Source: a virus (Duplodnaviria; Caudoviricetes). Taken from it: 64,000 bases of DNA. The DNA lies in IMG/VR virus record IMGVR_UViG_3300049988_000245, positions 128,001 to 192,000 of that record; one strand, 5' to 3'. The stretch's first letter is position 1, and each line of letters opens with the position of its first letter. Both the position numbers and the translations under genes were made by a program. The notes under the pieces are model-generated. The model saw only the letters and a program-made list of their open reading frames with translations. It ran no database searches and had not been told where the DNA came from. Of the stretch, positions 59,480-64,000 are shown one piece after another.

Positions 59480-60373
59480 TCATTTGCTGTAACGGTCTCG
59501 GCTCTTGACGTTGTTGATCAACACCTTGGCCTTGATCTGCGGGCGCTCCTTCAGGTGAAGGTCGAGCAGCGCGTCTGGGTCGGCCTTGGCCAAGAATGCC
59601 ATGACTTCGCCCTTGCGCTTGTCCGCAACCGATCCGGGGATGGTCTGGCCGATATTCTTGAAATCGAAACCCGGAAGGATGGCGACCTTCTGCGCGGCAT
59701 GCTTGGTCGTGACCACGTTGTAGCAAACCTGTCCGACCACCTCGGTGAACAGACACGGGGCGGCGACCTTGGGGGCCAGCACGATATGACGGGCGGCGGT
59801 GGAAAGTTCACCGCGTGCGGTGAAGCCGTGGCCCTGATTGCCGCCCTTGGTCATCGAGACCTGTGGGAGAACCTTGGCAAGCTCCTGCGGAGTCGGCGGC
59901 TTGCCCTTGGCGATCTCCGGTGACACCTGCATGAGATTCTTCTTGAACACCGCGACAAGTTTGCCGTGCGTGTAGAAATCGTGGATCGAGCGGAAGAGCA
60001 CGTTCTGCTGCGGCGTGAACACGGGGTGGTCCGACGCGCCTGACCAGATGAACAGGCGACGATTGAATGCGATGTCGTACAGCATGTAGCGGAGCATCAT
60101 CTGGGGGTCATGACCGCCCTCGGTGTACGGATCATCCTCGGTGTATTCGAGGCGAATACCATCACCGACGATTCGGGGAAGTAGGGTCTCTACCGTATGG
60201 GTGATCATGGCGATCCAGTGCTTGTCCGCGCTGGGATCGTGCAGCGGGGCTGCTTCGTATGCCTCGGCGACGGCGACCGCGAACGCGGCGTGCTCGGGGA
60301 GGCTGTGGAGGGCGACGCCTTCTTCAAGAATGGCGGCACCTTCGAGGAGGTTGATTGCATGACGAATATCCAT
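59480..60373 (-). CDS. Leaderless late protein with a possible metal-binding H-D-x-x-x-H motif
   Basis: TAAATA-GGTGC-ATG; N-terminus MDIRHAINLLE..ILEE; EYTEDDPY, HPVFTPQQNVLFRSIHDFYTH. Confidence 0.6.
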   Translation of the reverse strand: MDIRHAINLLEGAAILEEGVALHSLPEHAAFAVAVAEAYEAAPLHDPSADKHWIAMITHTVETLLPRIVGDGIRLEYTEDDPYTEGGHDPQMMLRYMLYDIAFNRRLFIWSGASDHPVFTPQQNVLFRSIHDFYTHGKLVAVFKKNLMQVSPEIAKGKPPTPQELAKVLPQVSMTKGGNQGHGFTARGELSTAARHIVLAPKVAAPCLFTEVVGQVCYNVVTTKHAAQKVAILPGFDFKNIGQTIPGSVADKRKGEVMAFLAKADPDALLDLHLKERPQIKAKVLINNVKSRDRYSK

Positions 60374-60445
60374 GCACCTATTTAGAAAGTGAGAATATTC
60401 CCCGGTAGAGTTATGGTCGGTTATTGTTTAACCGAGACCGTTTTC

Positions 60446-60991
60446 ATGCAAACACTTATTGTGAATCTCTTCGGAGCACCTTGTGCGGGTAAGAGCACGA
60501 TCCGAGCCGACGTTTTTCGGTGCCTGAAGCAGAAGGGAATCAACTGCGAAGAGGTCTACGAGGTCGCCAAGAAGCTCTCATGGACCAAGCGAATGGGTGA
60601 GTTGGCCGTCCAGCCGTACATTTTCGGTAAGCAACTCAGAGATATGGAAATCCTCGACGGTAAGGTCGATGTAATTATTACGGATTCACCCCTTGTTCTG
60701 TGTGAGTTCTACAATCTTCTTTACTGTGGTGATCGATACCCGAAGGCATTCGGCACCCTCGTGATCGAGCAGTTCAAGGCTATGGGCGGGGTGAACTTTT
60801 ACATCAATCGCGTGGGCGAGTACCGCGCCGAAGGCCGGAATCAGACCGAGGCGGAGGCGAACGAGATCGGCGTTAAGCTTAAAAATCTGTTGGACGAAAA
60901 TTCCATTGACTTCGCCGTCCTAGATGGCGATACATTTGCTGGTCCCTACATCGCCGATCTGGTGATCTCCATTTTGTCCAATCGAGGTTAA
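60446..60991 (+). CDS. NadR/AAA_28-like P-loop kinase
   Basis: VNLFGAPCAGKST, EVAKKL.W, ITDSPL, YRAEGRNQTEAEA. Confidence 0.75.
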   Translation: MQTLIVNLFGAPCAGKSTIRADVFRCLKQKGINCEEVYEVAKKLSWTKRMGELAVQPYIFGKQLRDMEILDGKVDVIITDSPLVLCEFYNLLYCGDRYPKAFGTLVIEQFKAMGGVNFYINRVGEYRAEGRNQTEAEANEIGVKLKNLLDENSIDFAVLDGDTFAGPYIADLVISILSNRG

Positions 60992-60993
60992 CA

Positions 60994-61662
60994 ATGTTTG
61001 AGTTTCTTGCTGGTGTATTCGCCAGTCCATTCATCTGGGGTCCGGCTCTGATCCTCTTCTTCGCTCTGGAGGCGTATCTGGTCGAGACCGATAACGGCGG
61101 CAAGGCGACGATCGTCTTGATTCTCACGGCGATCTTCCTTCAGGCGTTCACGAACTTCCAGCCGTTTTCGCTGATCGCGCAGAACCCCCTCTGGGCGCTG
61201 ATCCTATTCGTCGGATACGTCCTCACGGGCATGCTGTACACCCGTTACAAGTGGGGCGCCTATGTTGGCCGCCAGCACGAGCGGATCACCGACTATATTG
61301 ACGAGGCCATTCGAAGGGATGTCGGTGCTTACGATGCCACCAATCCTCAGCACCGCGCCAAGATGGCGTCGTATCGAAAGGATGCGATCTCTCTCGCCAT
61401 CGGCTACGGGAAAACCCTGCCGATCCAGATTTCCGATAACAAGGCCCGAATCATGGCCTGGATGTCCTACTGGCCCGCTTCCCTCGCGTACACGCTGTTC
61501 GACGATCCGATCCGCCGTGCGTTTAATTACGCGTATCGGCGCATGTCCGGCGCGCTCCAGCGGGTCTCGGATCGCGCCCACACGGACTTCGAGCGCAAGT
61601 ACGGCGAGCCGAAGCAGCCGGTGGCGGTTCCGACTCCTCCGGGCGTTGATACGTCGATCTGA
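60994..61662 (+). CDS. Membrane protein
   Basis: Three N-terminal TM helices; WMSYWP. Confidence 0.65.
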   Translation: MFEFLAGVFASPFIWGPALILFFALEAYLVETDNGGKATIVLILTAIFLQAFTNFQPFSLIAQNPLWALILFVGYVLTGMLYTRYKWGAYVGRQHERITDYIDEAIRRDVGAYDATNPQHRAKMASYRKDAISLAIGYGKTLPIQISDNKARIMAWMSYWPASLAYTLFDDPIRRAFNYAYRRMSGALQRVSDRAHTDFERKYGEPKQPVAVPTPPGVDTSI

Positions 61663-61685
61663 ATCCTGAAAGTCATGTTAACTAC

Positions 61686-61708
61686 GGCGGGGTTTACCCC
61701 GCCGTTTT
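61686..61708 (+). terminator. Rho-independent terminator
   Basis: GGCGGGGT-TT-ACCCCGCC followed by GTTTT. Confidence 0.55.
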
Positions 61709-61711
61709 CGT

Positions 61712-61739
61712 TTGCACTTTTCTAGAATCGGTGTACATT
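61712..61739 (+). promoter_or_regulatory. Sigma70-type early promoter
   Basis: TTGCAC-N16-TACATT preceded by a TTTTCGT half-site. Confidence 0.55.
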
Positions 61740-61757
61740 TGGTCGAGGAGTTTTGCC

Positions 61758-62156
61758 ATGACCACGAAGTGCCATTTGATCTCGCTCACCGGACAGGGTG
61801 ACGTTCACACGATTCTGATCAACGACGTAGCCTGGGAGTATCTAAACAACGCCTATGACGGTCGGCCGATTCCCGACGAACTGATCATCGATTATATTGC
61901 ACGTGAGCGCGCTAATGTTTCCGCATGGGGCGGAGCGCCCGATACGGTTTCCGGAATGACCGCCGCTGCGAATCAGGCTCTCGCCTACAATGACGGTGGC
62001 TCCCCTGAGAACGATATCGCGATGGCCATGGGAGGAAGCGAGTTTGGCGGTGAGCGTTGGAACAACTATGGTGTCCGCGATCTCAAAAAAATGATGGCGT
62101 TCATCGCCAAGCATGATCTCGAACTCGATGGTGAATTCGAAGGTTCAATCTATTGA
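61758..62156 (+). CDS. Hypothetical acidic protein
   Basis: GAGGAG SD; start moved to MTTKC. Confidence 0.6.
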   Translation: MTTKCHLISLTGQGDVHTILINDVAWEYLNNAYDGRPIPDELIIDYIARERANVSAWGGAPDTVSGMTAAANQALAYNDGGSPENDIAMAMGGSEFGGERWNNYGVRDLKKMMAFIAKHDLELDGEFEGSIY

Positions 62157-62198
62157 CTAATTATCACTTAGATGCATATTTGGTCTCAGGAGAAAAAC

Positions 62199-62891
62199 AT
62201 GAACTTCACGGATTTCGCTGAGATTTATAGCCGTCTGCGTATCCGCTCGAACCGTGCGAATGATCTGTTCGTCGATGCGATTGAGTGTTCGGATATTGAA
62301 GAGCACGTCGAGGCGAACGACGACGAGGAGTTCGAGCTTCGGATGGACAAGACCCATGGTATCGCTTGGGTCGAACTTCACAATCCTCGGCGTGGTGTTA
62401 TTCTTCATGCCTCGGCGAACCTCACCGCTCGCACGGTGGACCTGCGCCATCAGAGCGTCGATACGATCGCGATCCTCGACATGTTCGAGAACGAGAACCT
62501 GAACGGTCTGGAGACCATGGCGCGCTACAACGAGAAATTCCCGCGCGAGAACCCCTTGGACGAGCACGAGGAGGAGCGCTCCTACGCGGCGAAGGCCGCC
62601 CGTATGATCGTTGCCGGGATCGGTGACACCCCGGCTATGACCCCGGAGCAGCAGACCCTCGTGGCGAACGAGATCATCGCGATCCTCAAGGACCCGGCTC
62701 CGTTCGGTTTCGCCGCCCGTGTGCAGCGAGTGCTCGCCTGGACGCTCGATCCCGCCACGCAGCCCGAGTGGAGCCTCTACGTGGCCGCCTGGGTGATCCG
62801 AAACGTCAACGACGTCGATTACATCGATGAGGCGCCGCTCCGGGACCTGTTCGATCGCTACCCCGCCCTGACCAGTATGAGCCCAACCTAA
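62199..62891 (+). CDS. Hypothetical acidic protein
   Basis: AGGAG SD; start moved to MNFTDF. Confidence 0.65.
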   Translation: MNFTDFAEIYSRLRIRSNRANDLFVDAIECSDIEEHVEANDDEEFELRMDKTHGIAWVELHNPRRGVILHASANLTARTVDLRHQSVDTIAILDMFENENLNGLETMARYNEKFPRENPLDEHEEERSYAAKAARMIVAGIGDTPAMTPEQQTLVANEIIAILKDPAPFGFAARVQRVLAWTLDPATQPEWSLYVAAWVIRNVNDVDYIDEAPLRDLFDRYPALTSMSPT

Positions 62892-63169
62892 TGGGACTGA
62901 CCGCATCCGAATCGTCCAAGCTGATCTGGCTCAGCTTGCTTTCGTTCGTCGTCATGCTTGGTGCGAAATTCGTCGTGCCGTCGAGCAACCAGCCGTTCTT
63001 GATTCTCGGAGCGATCGGCTTCATCGGCCTCATCTATCAGGCGGTACCGTCCGGACGGGGGTCGTTGGACTTCAAGGTCGGTCTGATTGTCGGCTGCAAC
63101 CTCACGCTCCTCGTGTATGAAATTTTCCACCAGATCACACCACTCTTAATCCGGGGGCGCTACCTATGA
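62891..63169 (+). CDS. Small multi-pass membrane protein
   Basis: TAATG overlap; three hydrophobic segments. Confidence 0.55.
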   Translation: MGLTASESSKLIWLSLLSFVVMLGAKFVVPSSNQPFLILGAIGFIGLIYQAVPSGRGSLDFKVGLIVGCNLTLLVYEIFHQITPLLIRGRYL

Positions 63170-63399
63170 AACACGTTCAGTTTCTCAGGAAGGCCCCTGT
63201 GGGTCAGCCGTTGGCGAAGCTGCATGGCTACGTCGAGCATCGGCTCCCGGACGCTGGCGTGCCCTCGGAGCGCATTCGGCGACTGAAGCAGGCCAAGCCC
63301 GGATTTATCTCAAGGCGTGAGGGGTGGGCTCGGTTCTACCGCTGGCAGGACTGGCATGGACGGCGGCTCAAACAGATGATGCGCTTCAATGGCGCGTAA
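63166..63399 (+). CDS. Basic hypothetical protein
   Basis: ATGA overlap. Confidence 0.45.
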   Translation: MKHVQFLRKAPVGQPLAKLHGYVEHRLPDAGVPSERIRRLKQAKPGFISRREGWARFYRWQDWHGRRLKQMMRFNGA

Positions 63400-63781
63400 G
63401 CCCTGGGAAAGCCGGTTTCAGAGCCCTGAGTACCGAGAGGCGCGGGCAAAGAATCGACACGACAACTGGTCGGATCGTAAAGAACGCTCACGTGCCTACA
63501 GCTTCCCGCAGTCATACGCGTATGTCGAGCCGATGGAGCACGCCGTACAGATTCCCCTCCGAGAGTTCTTTTCCGATCGAACAGCCACGAGTGAACAGAA
63601 GACCAACATGATCCATCAGATGCTGGCACGCATCAAGAAGATCAATTTCGGTCTGTATCGCTACGACGAAGGCGGGTTGATCGTTAATTTTCAAACCGAA
63701 TTGCAGGCCAGTGCCTTCCGGCTGATGAGCCCACTCCGAACGCAAATGATCCGCAGATGTAAAGTAAATAAGGACGAATGA
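63389..63781 (+). CDS. Hypothetical protein with weak FKxRW-like C-terminal pattern
   Basis: VNFQTELQASAFRLM. Confidence 0.5.
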   Translation: MARKPWESRFQSPEYREARAKNRHDNWSDRKERSRAYSFPQSYAYVEPMEHAVQIPLREFFSDRTATSEQKTNMIHQMLARIKKINFGLYRYDEGGLIVNFQTELQASAFRLMSPLRTQMIRRCKVNKDE

Positions 63782-64000
63782 GAGAAGAATACCACGAGGC
63801 TGAAGGCAGCTTCTACGCGGAATGCGCGAGGATTCTCGGCACCACGCACCATCACACCCCCTGGTCCGGGCGCGGCCCGAACCGGTGGAATAACCGACAT
63901 GCCGGAAATGGCCGATTCCGATTTGGCACCATCCGGATGTTTTCCCCCAATGCGATTCACGTGAGCCTGTACCATCCCAGGATGGTCAACCGGTTCGTGA
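63778..64000 (+). CDS. Hypothetical protein, truncated by the window edge
   Basis: ATGA overlap; MREEYHEAEG... open to the end of the window. Confidence 0.5.
   Translation, partial: MREEYHEAEGSFYAECARILGTTHHHTPWSGRGPNRWNNRHAGNGRFRFGTIRMFSPNAIHVSLYHPRMVNRFV

Noticed and set aside
1-64000. Alternative genetic code (stop-codon reassignment)
   Set aside because: TAA, TAG and TGA all end recognisable full-length genes (ClpX TAA, Gsp synthase TAG, Sir2 TGA) and no suppressor tRNA is present

Overview
This 64-kb window looks like part of a large, GC-rich, T4-related (jumbo-type) tailed phage genome. Evidence: T4-type two-subunit topoisomerase II, TAAATA late promoters, Rnl1-like RNA ligase, tail fibre plus chaperone, three tRNAs and phage-borne bS21. 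An alphaproteobacterial host is inferred from a ROSE-like element, leaderless genes and small secreted proteins of rhizobial type. Recognisable modules: proteostasis (ClpX, ClpP, ClpS, Hsp20, MoxR-VWA, I78-like inhibitor), polyamine/glutathionylspermidine (SpeD, SpeB, YgiB/YgiC-like), NAD/RNA repair and translation (Sir2, NADAR, NadR-like kinase, RNA ligase, HD hydrolase, Smr, truncated class II aaRS). Features not explained by standard annotation: (1) 27 small ORFs (plus about 6 divergent ones) sharing a W-helix and a terminal F-x-[DN]-x-x-x-A-F-x-F-K-[ML]-R-[WF] motif, stacked in translationally coupled arrays whose 3' ends often double as the next gene's ribosome-binding site; one member carries a fragment resembling the T4 gp23 Gol region. 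(2) A textbook -1 frameshift signal at the end of a scaffold-like gene. (3) A roughly 700-nt highly structured non-coding region behind a late promoter. (4) TAAATA-N5-ATG leaderless late genes, some with N-termini resembling the T4 capsid-targeting sequence. (5) A palindromic operator-like motif at nine intergenic sites. All calls were made by eye; no database searches or folding computations were run. Many start codons were moved from the supplied ORF track to the coupled ATG/GTG.
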